DNA of 20,000 nt from an uncultured virus (IMG/VR IMGVR_UViG_3300031787_000080) (lineage: Duplodnaviria; Heunggongvirae; Uroviricota; Caudoviricetes). The translations under genes were made by a program, and so were the position numbers. Within the stretch, counting starts at the first letter, position 1; the number at the start of each line of letters is the position of its first letter. The notes beneath the pieces were generated by a model. The model had not been told where the DNA came from, did not search any database, and saw nothing but the letters and a program-made list of their open reading frames with translations. Shown piece after piece: positions 1-8,208 of this stretch. Location: IMG/VR virus record IMGVR_UViG_3300031787_000080; one strand, written 5' to 3'.

Positions 1-2
1 GC

Positions 3-179
3 CGCGATGAAGAATTCGATGTTGATGACCGTGTGCAAGTTCCCGCGCCCGTAGAGGGCGATTTGCACAATCATGAATTTGTTGGTACAATTGTGGGTTT
101 TCGTGAAGATTATGCCCAGGTCGAAGATATGGAAGGTAATGTTTTCGATATTGAACCATGCAGACTCGAAAAGATTTAG
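3..179 (+). CDS. 3' part of a hypothetical protein (5' end outside window)
   Basis: Open frame RDEEFDVDDRVQVPAPVEGDLHNHEFVGTIVGFREDYAQVEDMEGNVFDIEPCRLEKI ends in TAG at 177-179, just before a motif A copy. Confidence 0.7.
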   Translation, partial: RDEEFDVDDRVQVPAPVEGDLHNHEFVGTIVGFREDYAQVEDMEGNVFDIEPCRLEKI

Positions 180-224
180 TCAAAAAATCCCCTTAGTTCA
201 TGGTGCAAAAATCATATATTAAGG

Positions 225-536
225 GTGGACAAGCGAGAACCCAGTAACCTTTTTGACGCTTTTAGCATTTGTGCAGAAATTATTAAGCAAATGCTAGCAG
301 GACGTTCGACTGCCGAAATCATCGACAGCATTGACGTGAATGAAGAACATCTTGCCAACATTGCCGCCGACATGATTGTTGTTTGTGGGTTGAATAATGA
401 TTTGGCGATGGTTCTTAATGATGGAGAAACTTACACAAACATCTCAGGGTGTTCTATTCGGCAAATGACCGAAGAGTTTGACGAAGATGGGGAGTTCGTT
501 GAAGATACGTTCGGTGACCCTATCATCGTAATGTGA
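225..536 (+). CDS. hypothetical acidic protein (103 aa)
   Basis: GTG directly after motif A; terminator hairpin follows. Confidence 0.8.
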   Translation: MDKREPSNLFDAFSICAEIIKQMLAGRSTAEIIDSIDVNEEHLANIAADMIVVCGLNNDLAMVLNDGETYTNISGCSIRQMTEEFDEDGEFVEDTFGDPIIVM

Positions 537-554
537 GTAAATTGACAGGAAACT

Positions 555-582
555 AATCGGGGCAATGAAGCCCTGATTTTTT
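555..582 (+). terminator. intrinsic terminator
   Basis: AATCGGGGC-AATGAA-GCCCTGATT then a T-run that is also the start of motif B. Confidence 0.7.
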
Positions 583-659
583 ATAACTTTCTACGATTGT
601 GCGGCACGATCATTATAAAAATCCCCCTTATTAATCGGCTCAATTTACTATAATGATAT

Positions 660-998
660 ATGTACCACGTAGACGATTGCGTTATCGGAAAAGAAATTGC
701 AAGTCAGGCTGAATATCATATCAATGTTTATGACTATGACGTTCGGTTATGTTCCGATGGCTGTTGCATTGAGGCGCGGACGGCAGCTGAACTTTGGAGC
801 AACGACTGTAAAACTTTTCTAACCGAAGATGTGGATGGGTTTTGCAATAGTGGCGAGGCCGCTCAGAAGGTAATCAATTTGGCCAAGGCGCGTGGCCTCA
901 ATGTTCATCGAGGTAATACGGCGATCTATGTGGACGGCGATAGAGATTGTTCTAACGAATTGATTTACGGATTGAAAAAATTTCCCCTAGATTACTGA
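660..998 (+). CDS. hypothetical protein (112 aa)
   Basis: ATG just after motif B plus motif A. Confidence 0.8.
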   Translation: MYHVDDCVIGKEIASQAEYHINVYDYDVRLCSDGCCIEARTAAELWSNDCKTFLTEDVDGFCNSGEAAQKVINLAKARGLNVHRGNTAIYVDGDRDCSNELIYGLKKFPLDY

Positions 999-1022
999 GA
1001 CAAGAGGCATATATAAACTACC

Positions 1023-1763
1023 ATGACAATCGAACACGATAACATCGAAGAGCGAGTTGGAAAGGGAACTTTAATTCGTATTTCCAAGCTGCTTACCATG
1101 GCGAAGGATAAGCGCACGAACGAGAATGAAGCCCATAGCGCTATGCAATCGGCTCTTGCGCTTTTGTCTCGGTATAACATTACGGCTTCTGATGTTGAGA
1201 ATTCGGGCATTTTCGAGGAAGCAGTGGGTTCTGAATCTTTTAATCCAACTGAAAATCGAAATCACTCCACATGGCGATCCCAGCTAATCAATTCCATCGC
1301 AAGCACTCACTTCTGTCATGTCTATCGACGAAACGGGGGCGAGTTTATTCTGACTGGTAAGGAAACTAATCGTGCCGCCGCGATGATGCTTTTTCAGTAT
1401 CTTTCCGTCGTGATTGAAGAAAATGCCCTTCAGGCTGTCCGCGAATACGACGGATGGGAATCGAAAAAGACTTATGGCAATGCCTATCGGCTTGGAATGG
1501 TGACTCGAATTAATGAACGACTTATTGACCAAAAGCGCCAAATTATTCAAGAGGCTTCATCCAATAACACTGAAATTGTTGCTGTCAATCCTTATGAACA
1601 GGCCGAAAAAGAAAATCAAGCCTATGTCAAATCGAAGGGCGTAAAACTGTCGTCACACGCCTCAAGCAGTAATCTTGGAAGTGGCGCGGGTTGGCATCGA
1701 GGGCGCAAAGATGGCGAGCGCGTTGGGCTTACCGCTGGGCGAGCACTAGGATATAAAAAGTGA
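1023..1763 (+). CDS. DUF2786-domain protein
   Basis: N-terminal RISKLLTMAKD..TNENEAHSAMQSALALLSRYNI matches the DUF2786 pattern; C-terminal AYRLGMVTRINERL and GWHRGRKDG are typical of the family (recognised from memory). Confidence 0.8.
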   Translation: MTIEHDNIEERVGKGTLIRISKLLTMAKDKRTNENEAHSAMQSALALLSRYNITASDVENSGIFEEAVGSESFNPTENRNHSTWRSQLINSIASTHFCHVYRRNGGEFILTGKETNRAAAMMLFQYLSVVIEENALQAVREYDGWESKKTYGNAYRLGMVTRINERLIDQKRQIIQEASSNNTEIVAVNPYEQAEKENQAYVKSKGVKLSSHASSSNLGSGAGWHRGRKDGERVGLTAGRALGYKK

Positions 1764-2188
1764 GAGATACGCAAAAAGCCAAATTTTACAAATTCGAGGA
1801 CTATATCATCAAGCGATTCCTCCAAAAAGAACTACATGATGGACTTGAATTTCGAGAAATCGAAGGGCTTGTTGGAAGAATCTGCCATTCTTATAATGTC
1901 CGCCCGCCAAAGATAAAGGTCGGTCGGCAGAATTCGAGCAAAGCCTACTACAAAACGATTGACCATAGTATCACGCTTCCGCCATGGGCTCAGAGAACAT
2001 GGACGGTAGTCCATGAAACAGCTCATGCAATTACTTATGGGAAAGGATATAAGGACCCTGGGCACGATGGTGATTTTGTTGGAGTATGGGTAGAGCTTTT
2101 TTCAAGAATGTATGACATCCCCAAGGAAACTCTTGAGTCGGAAGTTAAGCTGGCGGGATTGAGATATGTCAAATTTTCCCCCAAATAA
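1760..2188 (+). CDS. zincin-type (HEXXH) metallohydrolase, SprT/TIGR04338-like
   Basis: ITLPPWA..WTVVHETAHAIT...PGHDGDFV motif; GTGA overlap with the DUF2786 gene. Confidence 0.8.
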   Translation: MRDTQKAKFYKFEDYIIKRFLQKELHDGLEFREIEGLVGRICHSYNVRPPKIKVGRQNSSKAYYKTIDHSITLPPWAQRTWTVVHETAHAITYGKGYKDPGHDGDFVGVWVELFSRMYDIPKETLESEVKLAGLRYVKFSPK

Positions 2189-2213
2189 ATCAGAAAGAAA
2201 TCATATATAAGAC

Positions 2214-2429
2214 ATGAACACCAAGCAAAATCAGGTCGCAGATGACATTTATAATCGGCTTTCCAGTTCCGCGCCTGGGTTTTATCGATATTGGTCTGAT
2301 ACGGTTGACCGATCAGTGGCCCAAGCACTAATCAAAAAGGGACCATTTTTCAGTTACGGCAATTCTTGGCGATTCAAGGCCGAAAGTCTCGGGGCTGGAA
2401 TGTATCGTGTCAAGATCATTGAAGCCTAG
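2214..2429 (+). CDS. hypothetical protein (71 aa)
   Basis: ATG 3 nt after a degenerate motif A. Confidence 0.75.
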   Translation: MNTKQNQVADDIYNRLSSSAPGFYRYWSDTVDRSVAQALIKKGPFFSYGNSWRFKAESLGAGMYRVKIIEA

Positions 2430-2500
2430 TCCCGATCAGGCCATCTTCATAAAAATCCCTTATTTTTATCGTTTCGATTCGATATAAAAAGGGAGGCTAA

Positions 2501-2953
2501 ATGATTACCCTTTTCAAGTTCGAGACCGAAGATGACGGCACGATTATCATTCCGATGGAGAAAATCGGAGTCACTATCAAGGACCTACAAGATGCCTTCA
2601 AGGAGGCAAAAGAACACGCCCAAGACGAATATGATGTAGAGCTGACCAAAGACACGATTTTCACAGTCGAAGAAGTCCACGGCCTGAAAGATTTTCTTGA
2701 GAAATACACTCTAATCGAGCGTCCGACGGCGAAGGCTGGCAAACCGTTCTCTAAAGCCGTTTTTGACCCTGATTTGCATACCCTTCCCGAAGTTGCAGAC
2801 CAGAACCAAGTCTGGACCTGGACCGATTGTGATGATGGCGGAAGTTATCTGATTCAAGGATACCATCATGCCAATCGCTTGGGCTATATCTTTACTGAAA
2901 ACAAAGATGGAGAACCAGTGCCGATTGATGGAAACTCCTACTTTGTAGACTAG
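2501..2953 (+). CDS. hypothetical acidic protein (150 aa)
   Basis: Motif A, then SD GGGAGG, then ATG; terminator follows. Confidence 0.85.
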   Translation: MITLFKFETEDDGTIIIPMEKIGVTIKDLQDAFKEAKEHAQDEYDVELTKDTIFTVEEVHGLKDFLEKYTLIERPTAKAGKPFSKAVFDPDLHTLPEVADQNQVWTWTDCDDGGSYLIQGYHHANRLGYIFTENKDGEPVPIDGNSYFVD

Positions 2954-2965
2954 GTGACTGGGAAC

Positions 2966-2996
2966 AAGAAAGGGGGAAGTAACTCCCTCTTTCTTT
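2966..2996 (+). terminator. intrinsic terminator
   Basis: AAGAAAGGGGGA-AGTAAC-TCCCTCTTTCTT hairpin running into motif B. Confidence 0.7.
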
Positions 2997-3073
2997 ATGA
3001 CTTTCCGTGATTATGCGCCACGATCATTAAAAATCCCCTATATCTTATATTCCAATCGGATATATAAGATATA

Positions 3074-3244
3074 ATGAAAACCAAACATGTTTTTCGAGTT
3101 TACCCCAAGAATGCAACATCTTCCGAGGATGCTTTGGTAATTGAGAAAACCATAAGCCCGAAATCTGTCCTTCGAGTAATGGGAAACCTTCTTGGCAAGT
3201 ATAATGCTTCAGAAGTGGCTTTATTGAAATCCGAGGACAAATAA
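3074..3244 (+). CDS. small hypothetical protein (56 aa, not in ORF track)
   Basis: MKTKHVFRVYPKNATSSEDALVIEKTISPKSVLRVMGNLLGKYNASEVALLKSEDK; ATG 6 nt after motif A. Confidence 0.7.
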   Translation: MKTKHVFRVYPKNATSSEDALVIEKTISPKSVLRVMGNLLGKYNASEVALLKSEDK

Positions 3245-3321
3245 GACTTTTTTAACAAAAAGTCCCAAAATCATAGGACGATTTTGTTTTTTGATCGTAT
3301 AATAGATAAGGACACTTTATT

Positions 3322-3414
3322 ATGAAGACCCACACCACATCAAATACGAATATGGTCTTCACCCGACGCAATTCCGCGACGGGCGTCCAACAACGCTGTC
3401 GGCGTTCCGCTTAA
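3322..3414 (+). CDS. putative leader peptide of the tRNA operon (30 aa)
   Basis: TATAAT at 3298-3303, SD AAGGA at 3308-3312; MKTHTTSNTNMVFTRRNSATGVQQRCRRSA lies within alternative hairpins. Confidence 0.55.
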   Translation: MKTHTTSNTNMVFTRRNSATGVQQRCRRSA

Positions 3415-3503
3415 GTCGGGCTGACACGTTACCACCTGCAAGTAACTTCTTTTTCGAAGAATTAGCCCGCTCTCTGAGCGAGACGTCGATTATCATCTCG
3501 TGC

Positions 3504-3577
3504 TCGGGGATCGTCTAGAGGCAGGACTCTGGTCTCTGGAACCAGAAGCGGTGGTTCGAATCCATCTCTCCGAGCCA
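3504..3577 (+). tRNA. tRNA-Gln(CTG)
   Basis: Acceptor TCGGGGA/TCTCCGA, anticodon arm CTGGT-CT-CTG-GA-ACCAG, T-loop TTCGAAT, G73, encoded CCA. Confidence 0.93.
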
Positions 3578-3584
3578 GCTTCAC

Positions 3585-3670
3585 TGGGTCTTAGGCGAAT
3601 TGGTAGAGCCGCCTGTCTTTGGAACAGGACTCCTGAAAAGGTGGAGGTTCGAATCCTCCCGACCCAGCCA
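3585..3670 (+). tRNA. tRNA-Gln(TTG) with atypical long variable arm
   Basis: Acceptor TGGGTC/GACCCA, anticodon arm CCTGT-CT-TTG-GA-ACAGG, variable region ACTCCTGAAAAGGT, T-arm GGAGG-TTCGAAT-CCTCC, GCCA end. Confidence 0.85.
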
Positions 3671-3742
3671 ATTAAAGGCTTTATGCATTTTGAAAAAATA
3701 ATTAAAAAAGGCTTTCTTAACAGAAGTACATAATTAAAACGA

Positions 3743-4528
3743 GTGATTCAAACTTCCAATAAGAAAACAAGAGTAAAGCGCAGTCGAATTTGGACGATGC
3801 CTAAAGACGAGTTCGCTCAACTAGTGGCCTCAAGTCAAACTTATGTCGAAATTCTCCGAGCCATTAACTACACCATACGAGGAGGAGCTTTTCGAATTTT
3901 AAAAGAACGAATTGCGACAGAAATGATCGACGATTCACATATATTAAAGAATGGAAGGCAAACCATTTATGCCCATAGATTCAATACTCGGTCAGATGAC
4001 GATATATTTTGCGAAAATTCTACATACAATAGTGGCCCTGCCCTGAAAAAGAGAATGATTAAGCTAGGCTTACCTGAAGAATGCACAAAATGTGGGCTTG
4101 GTGCAACATGGAATGATGAACCTCTATCTCTGCAAGTAGACCATATCAATGGGGTGCGCAACGATAACAGATTAGAGAATTTGAGGCTTCTGTGCCCAAA
4201 TTGTCATTCTCAAACCGAAAATTTTGCTGGCAGAAAGTTGAACGCAAAAAACAAATCATGTCCAGAATGCTGCGCTAAGATCAGTGGATACCGTAAAGAT
4301 CAGAGATGCCAATCTTGTGCCAATAAGATCAGGTCTAGAGAAATGCAACTAATATCAAAACCATCAAAAGACGAGCTTCAAGATATGTTGTGGAAAATGC
4401 CCGCGACTAGGATTGCTAAGATATACAATGTGTCCGATAAAACAGTTGGTAATTGGGCTAAATCCTACAAAATTGACAAACCGAGCCGTGGACACTGGGT
4501 CAAAAAAAATACTCCCCCCCCCTTGTAG
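3743..4528 (+). CDS. HNH homing endonuclease with C-terminal Zn-finger and HTH-like region
   Basis: CTKC...LQVDHINGVRNDNRLENLRLLCPNCHSQT HNH motif, CPEC..CQSC, ATRIAKIYNVSDKTVGNWAK; inserted between tRNA genes. Confidence 0.92.
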   Translation: MIQTSNKKTRVKRSRIWTMPKDEFAQLVASSQTYVEILRAINYTIRGGAFRILKERIATEMIDDSHILKNGRQTIYAHRFNTRSDDDIFCENSTYNSGPALKKRMIKLGLPEECTKCGLGATWNDEPLSLQVDHINGVRNDNRLENLRLLCPNCHSQTENFAGRKLNAKNKSCPECCAKISGYRKDQRCQSCANKIRSREMQLISKPSKDELQDMLWKMPATRIAKIYNVSDKTVGNWAKSYKIDKPSRGHWVKKNTPPPL

Positions 4529-4594
4529 CTTAATGGATAGAGCGCAGCACTTCGGATGCTGATGTTATGGGTTCGAGTCCTATCGAGGGGGCCA
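4519..4594 (+). tRNA. tRNA-Arg(TCG)
   Basis: CCCCTTG/CGAGGGG acceptor, CAGCA-CT-TCG-GA-TGCTG, TTCGAGT T-loop, GCCA; overlaps the HNH stop codon. Confidence 0.92.
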
Positions 4595-4605
4595 AAATTT
4601 AAAAC

Positions 4606-4681
4606 ACGCCTGTAGCTCAGTGGATAGAGCATCAGCTTGCGGAGCTGAGGGTCGGAGGTTCGAACCCTCTCAGGCGTGCCA
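4606..4681 (+). tRNA. tRNA-Arg(GCG)
   Basis: ACGCCTG/CAGGCGT acceptor, TCAGC-TT-GCG-GA-GCTGA, TTCGAAC T-loop, GCCA. Confidence 0.93.
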
Positions 4682-4687
4682 ATATAC

Positions 4688-4762
4688 GGCCACGTACCCA
4701 AATGGTTAAGGGCTCCCTCTGCAAAAGGGATGTTGCGAGTTCGATTCTCGCCGTGGCCTCCA
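4688..4762 (+). tRNA. tRNA-Cys(GCA)
   Basis: GGCCACG/CGTGGCC acceptor, TCCCT-CT-GCA-AA-AGGGA, U73, CCA. Confidence 0.93.
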
Positions 4763-4806
4763 AAAATCCCCTATATTTTTGTCACAATCGGATATATAGT
4801 TAGAGA

Positions 4807-5373
4807 ATGACCCAGATTCAAATCGAAGCCGCGAAGCAAATGAAAAAGGCCTGCTATCGGAGTCGCGGGACCTTAATCAAAGCAATTCTGGCTTATGTCG
4901 AATACCTGATGCGATGTTCGGATTGCCCGCGCAATTGGCCCAAGCACAATCAAGTGAACGTTTCTGCCGAAACTCTAAAGTCTCTTGCGTGGCTTTACGG
5001 CAATTATCATACTGCGGTTTTAGGACAGAAGTTAAACAACCTTCAGTTTTGGATTGAAGAAAGTGGTCGTCAAATCCCGAGCGAATCTATCGAAGACTAT
5101 CATGTAAACTCTCTTGACAATAGGATGCTTACCCGAAGAGAGATTTGGGCTGGTGAGATTTTGAGTCACTTGGTTTTTGCGATTGTCTTTCCCGAAGAAA
5201 TGGCTCAGACGGGGCTGACTGCTGATGGAATGAATCAAAGATTCGCGGAACTTGATTATGATTTTAACTTGGTGCTTGAAGATGCTTCAGAAGGCTACGG
5301 GACGATTTGCGCATGGATGTCTAAATCAACATCGGTTGAAGTCTTGCGAGACATCTGGCACTTAAACAAGTAA
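4807..5373 (+). CDS. hypothetical protein (188 aa)
   Basis: Long ORF between motif A and a terminator. Confidence 0.85.
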   Translation: MTQIQIEAAKQMKKACYRSRGTLIKAILAYVEYLMRCSDCPRNWPKHNQVNVSAETLKSLAWLYGNYHTAVLGQKLNNLQFWIEESGRQIPSESIEDYHVNSLDNRMLTRREIWAGEILSHLVFAIVFPEEMAQTGLTADGMNQRFAELDYDFNLVLEDASEGYGTICAWMSKSTSVEVLRDIWHLNK

Positions 5374-5379
5374 GTTGAT

Positions 5380-5412
5380 AAAAATACCCCTGTCCACCAA
5401 GGGGTATTTTTT
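5380..5412 (+). terminator. intrinsic terminator
   Basis: AAAAATACCCCT-loop-AGGGGTATTTTT. Confidence 0.75.
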
Positions 5413-5492
5413 ATTACTTTCTACGATTATGGTTCACGATCATTATAAAAAATCCCCTGTTTTCGAGAAATCAAAACAATATATAAAATAGA

Positions 5493-5732
5493 ATGTTGAT
5501 TCAAGTGTATGACAGTCTTGACGGCAATTATGTCGGCGGCATCTACAAAGTCACTCGCAATGATGGCGGAGACCAATCGCAACACCAATTCATTGATGCT
5601 TGGGCTCGTGCTGTGGAACAAGCGAAAAGCATTGGAGAGGATTGGGGAGAAGATGACATTTTCGAGGCTCTGAAAGAGTTTGGTTGGGAAGTCGTGCTTC
5701 CAGCCATTGACATTTTGCCAGTACAATACTAA
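5493..5732 (+). CDS. hypothetical protein (79 aa)
   Basis: ATG 6 nt after motif A. Confidence 0.8.
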   Translation: MLIQVYDSLDGNYVGGIYKVTRNDGGDQSQHQFIDAWARAVEQAKSIGEDWGEDDIFEALKEFGWEVVLPAIDILPVQY

Positions 5733-5733
5733 A

Positions 5734-6063
5734 ATGACCGCAAAACAAGCAAAAGAAATTCAACAAGAAGTCATTGTGAAGCAAAACAATGATAACGCAA
5801 GCATCATCGACAATCTTCTTGAAAAGGGTATTTTTAAGAAGATTGAAGACGCGGCTAGGGATGGTAGAAATTCAACTCGTATTGGGCGTCCTTACCACGA
5901 TACTGGTTTTGAAACTCCAGAATTCCGTTGTGGCGACTTTAGCCTAAATTATGTTTTGGGCTTCATTGACAACAATGCGATGCGCGAGATTATCATTCAA
6001 AAACTCAAAAACCTGGGATATACTGTGTCTGTTGAGGCCTCTAGTTTGATAATTGAGTGGTAA
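5734..6063 (+). CDS. hypothetical protein (109 aa, start revised to ATG 5734)
   Basis: MTAKQAKEIQ... begins 1 nt after the upstream stop; its TAA is the start of the next motif A. Confidence 0.75.
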   Translation: MTAKQAKEIQQEVIVKQNNDNASIIDNLLEKGIFKKIEDAARDGRNSTRIGRPYHDTGFETPEFRCGDFSLNYVLGFIDNNAMREIIIQKLKNLGYTVSVEASSLIIEW

Positions 6064-6111
6064 AAATCCTTTCTTTTCATTGATGCAATCGGATATATGA
6101 TTTAGGTCACG

Positions 6112-6396
6112 ATGAGAAACGAAGACGCCTCTAGCATTAATTTTGACATTGATAAGCCCTTTCATGTATTTATTTGCGATGGATGTCGGGAGGCTGGCCC
6201 GTATACTCAATATGGCATAAGTCATCTTGACGCTGCTGGTCGCTTTGCAGAACGATGGAACAAGAATCTTATGTCATGCTCTAAATCGCATTATGGCTAT
6301 GGGAAACAATGGGAGGAAGCCCCCCGTAAACCTGAACAGTACGCAAACCATCACTATTTCCAAGACGAGCGAGGCAACAAACTCTTGATTATCTAA
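6112..6396 (+). CDS. hypothetical protein with CxxC (94 aa)
   Basis: After motif A; FICDGCREAGP...AAGRFAERWN loosely resembles Lar-like restriction-alleviation Zn-ribbon C-termini (weak). Confidence 0.7.
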   Translation: MRNEDASSINFDIDKPFHVFICDGCREAGPYTQYGISHLDAAGRFAERWNKNLMSCSKSHYGYGKQWEEAPRKPEQYANHHYFQDERGNKLLII

Positions 6397-6466
6397 CCAA
6401 GAGTTTGTTGCAATATAATTATTTTTCACGACAAAATGATCGTGCCGCATAACCATAGAAAGTTAT

Positions 6467-6492
6467 AAAAAAGAAGGGGGCAGTGCCCCCTT
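6467..6492 (-). terminator. intrinsic terminator
   Basis: AAGGGGGCA/TGCCCCCTT stem; minus-strand U-tract merges with motif B. Confidence 0.65.
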
Positions 6493-7177
6493 AGTGTTTG
6501 AGAAAAGCAATATCTTTCTTATGCTTGGGATTGAAGCACAGACGACAGGCCGCGCAATTTGTTTTCTTATCACTTCCTTTATGAAGTGCCAAGTCATAAG
6601 GGCAAAGAGTCGTATTATCGTCCTGGTCTGCAATCGTATCAATGACTTGCGCGGTTCGGAATCCGTTATCCTTCGCAATCTTGCGCTCAATCGGAGACTC
6701 TACAGAGGCCACAATATGTAGGTTTTCGGGGAAACTTCCCTTGGCATAACTGAAGCCCGCCGCAATCATACAACGCACGTCATGAGTATACGTCCATACC
6801 GTCACGTCGGGATTCTGCTTGCACCATTCAATAACTTCCGTTAGATACGGCACGTCTAGCGCATGAACACCGTTCCCGTCAGAAGTAAAGAAGTCGCCAG
6901 AAGTATGCAAACGAACCAATCTGGCACCTTTTGAAGTCAGGCGGTCAAGGTCATCATGCCGCGCCGCAGACTTTTTTTGTTGCTGATTTACAAGAAACTT
7001 CCGAGTGTAACACCCTCCGCCCTTACTCGGCAAGTGAGGACAGGTGCCAGGACAGGTGCCTTCACCCTTGCCAGCATCCCCGACAGGGCGATAAGTCGTC
7101 GCCACCTTATTGAGTTTATCCTTGGGGTCGCTCAGTTTGGAGTTCTGCGACCAAGGAGAAATCAAAGTCGTGTTCAT
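6491..7177 (-). CDS. GP88-like phage protein (CxxxC...CY and RLHxSGDF motifs; possible Fe-S or radical-SAM-related)
   Basis: NSKL, TCPGTCP...GCY, VRLHTSGDFF, WTYTH and C-terminal CP...CAACRLC; ATG 3 nt after motif A. Confidence 0.7.
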   Translation of the reverse strand: MNTTLISPWSQNSKLSDPKDKLNKVATTYRPVGDAGKGEGTCPGTCPHLPSKGGGCYTRKFLVNQQQKKSAARHDDLDRLTSKGARLVRLHTSGDFFTSDGNGVHALDVPYLTEVIEWCKQNPDVTVWTYTHDVRCMIAAGFSYAKGSFPENLHIVASVESPIERKIAKDNGFRTAQVIDTIADQDDNTTLCPYDLALHKGSDKKTNCAACRLCFNPKHKKDIAFLKH

Positions 7178-7294
7178 GCTTTATATATCCGATTGTGCTA
7201 CGGCAGAAAGGGGATTTTTTATGACTTTCTAAGGTTATGTGCCACGATCATAAAAAATCCCTTGCTTTTTGTGTTTCAAGCGGATATATAAGAT

Positions 7295-7771
7295 ATGTTG
7301 ATTTTGCCTAAGTTTCACAGCCGATTTGGTGATAAGGGTTTTGCACGCACGCTAGGCAGGCTTATCAGATTTTATTTTTGGCCTGTTGCCTTTTTTGTCA
7401 TTTCTCTTGTCTGCCGATTTCAGACTAACCATCATGCAGCGTTTATCTTTAGTGTAGCCACACTGGGAGTGGTAATCGTTCTGTGCGTTTTATCGGGGTT
7501 CGTTGCAAAACTTTCTGAGTCAAGCAATGAACAAGTAGATGCTTTTTGGGCTTTTCTTTCGCATACGGCAAAGGGCATTTCTGTTGGGTTTTCGCTTTCT
7601 GTTTTGAGTTTCATCTTGTGCGTGGCAAGCGTTGTAATTTATAACACCCAAGTCAATGACTTGGTGTCTATAACTCTATCGTCTCTTATCGTGGCAAATC
7701 TTGTGGTAATGGGCTCTATCGTAAAAGAAACCTTTGAAGACATCGTGCTTGCTTTTAGGGAGCAAAAATAA
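7295..7771 (+). CDS. hypothetical membrane protein (about 4 TM)
   Basis: Four hydrophobic stretches; ATG 3 nt after motif A. Confidence 0.8.
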   Translation: MLILPKFHSRFGDKGFARTLGRLIRFYFWPVAFFVISLVCRFQTNHHAAFIFSVATLGVVIVLCVLSGFVAKLSESSNEQVDAFWAFLSHTAKGISVGFSLSVLSFILCVASVVIYNTQVNDLVSITLSSLIVANLVVMGSIVKETFEDIVLAFREQK

Positions 7772-7865
7772 TGCGACACTATATCATTTTTATGACTTTC
7801 TACGATTGTGTGGCACGATCATAAAAAATCCCCCTAATAAAGCTGAGTAATCGGATATATAATGT

Positions 7866-7945
7866 GGGGCAAATAGCTCAGTAAAGACATATGGGAATGT
7901 AACAGTAGAGGTTTCCGCGTATGTTCAAATCCTGTTGCTCCACCA
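7866..7945 (+). ncRNA. tRNA-like element or pseudo-tRNA
   Basis: GGGGCAA/TTGCTCC acceptor plus ACCA, TAGCTCAGT D-like start, GTTCAAATC T-loop-like; no recognisable anticodon arm. Sole content between two motif A copies. Confidence 0.6.
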
Positions 7946-7986
7946 AAAATCCCCTATATTTTCCGCGTTCATGCCATATATAAACT

Positions 7987-8169
7987 ATGGCAAAATACAC
8001 TGTCACCTGCTACAATCCTCACTGCGGCCAAAATGGTCAAGTCATCAATAAAATTGACGTTGACGAGGCTAACGAAAATCTACTCGTAGAAAACTTTGGT
8101 CAAGGAGGAGAAGATGAAGAAGATTTTTGTGAAGAGTGCGGAATGTTAGGGGTTTTGGAAGAAGCCTAA
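7987..8169 (+). CDS. small Cys-containing (Zn-ribbon-like) protein (60 aa)
   Basis: CYNPHC...CEEC; ATG 3 nt after motif A. Confidence 0.75.
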   Translation: MAKYTVTCYNPHCGQNGQVINKIDVDEANENLLVENFGQGGEDEEDFCEECGMLGVLEEA

Positions 8170-8208
8170 AACCATTTTTTGAGGAAAAAATCGAAGGAGA
8201 AAATCGAA

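Noticed and set aside
3500..3733. ORF-track ORFs 3500-3733 (+) and 4465-4701 (-)
   Set aside because: They overlap clear tRNA genes and are shadow ORFs.
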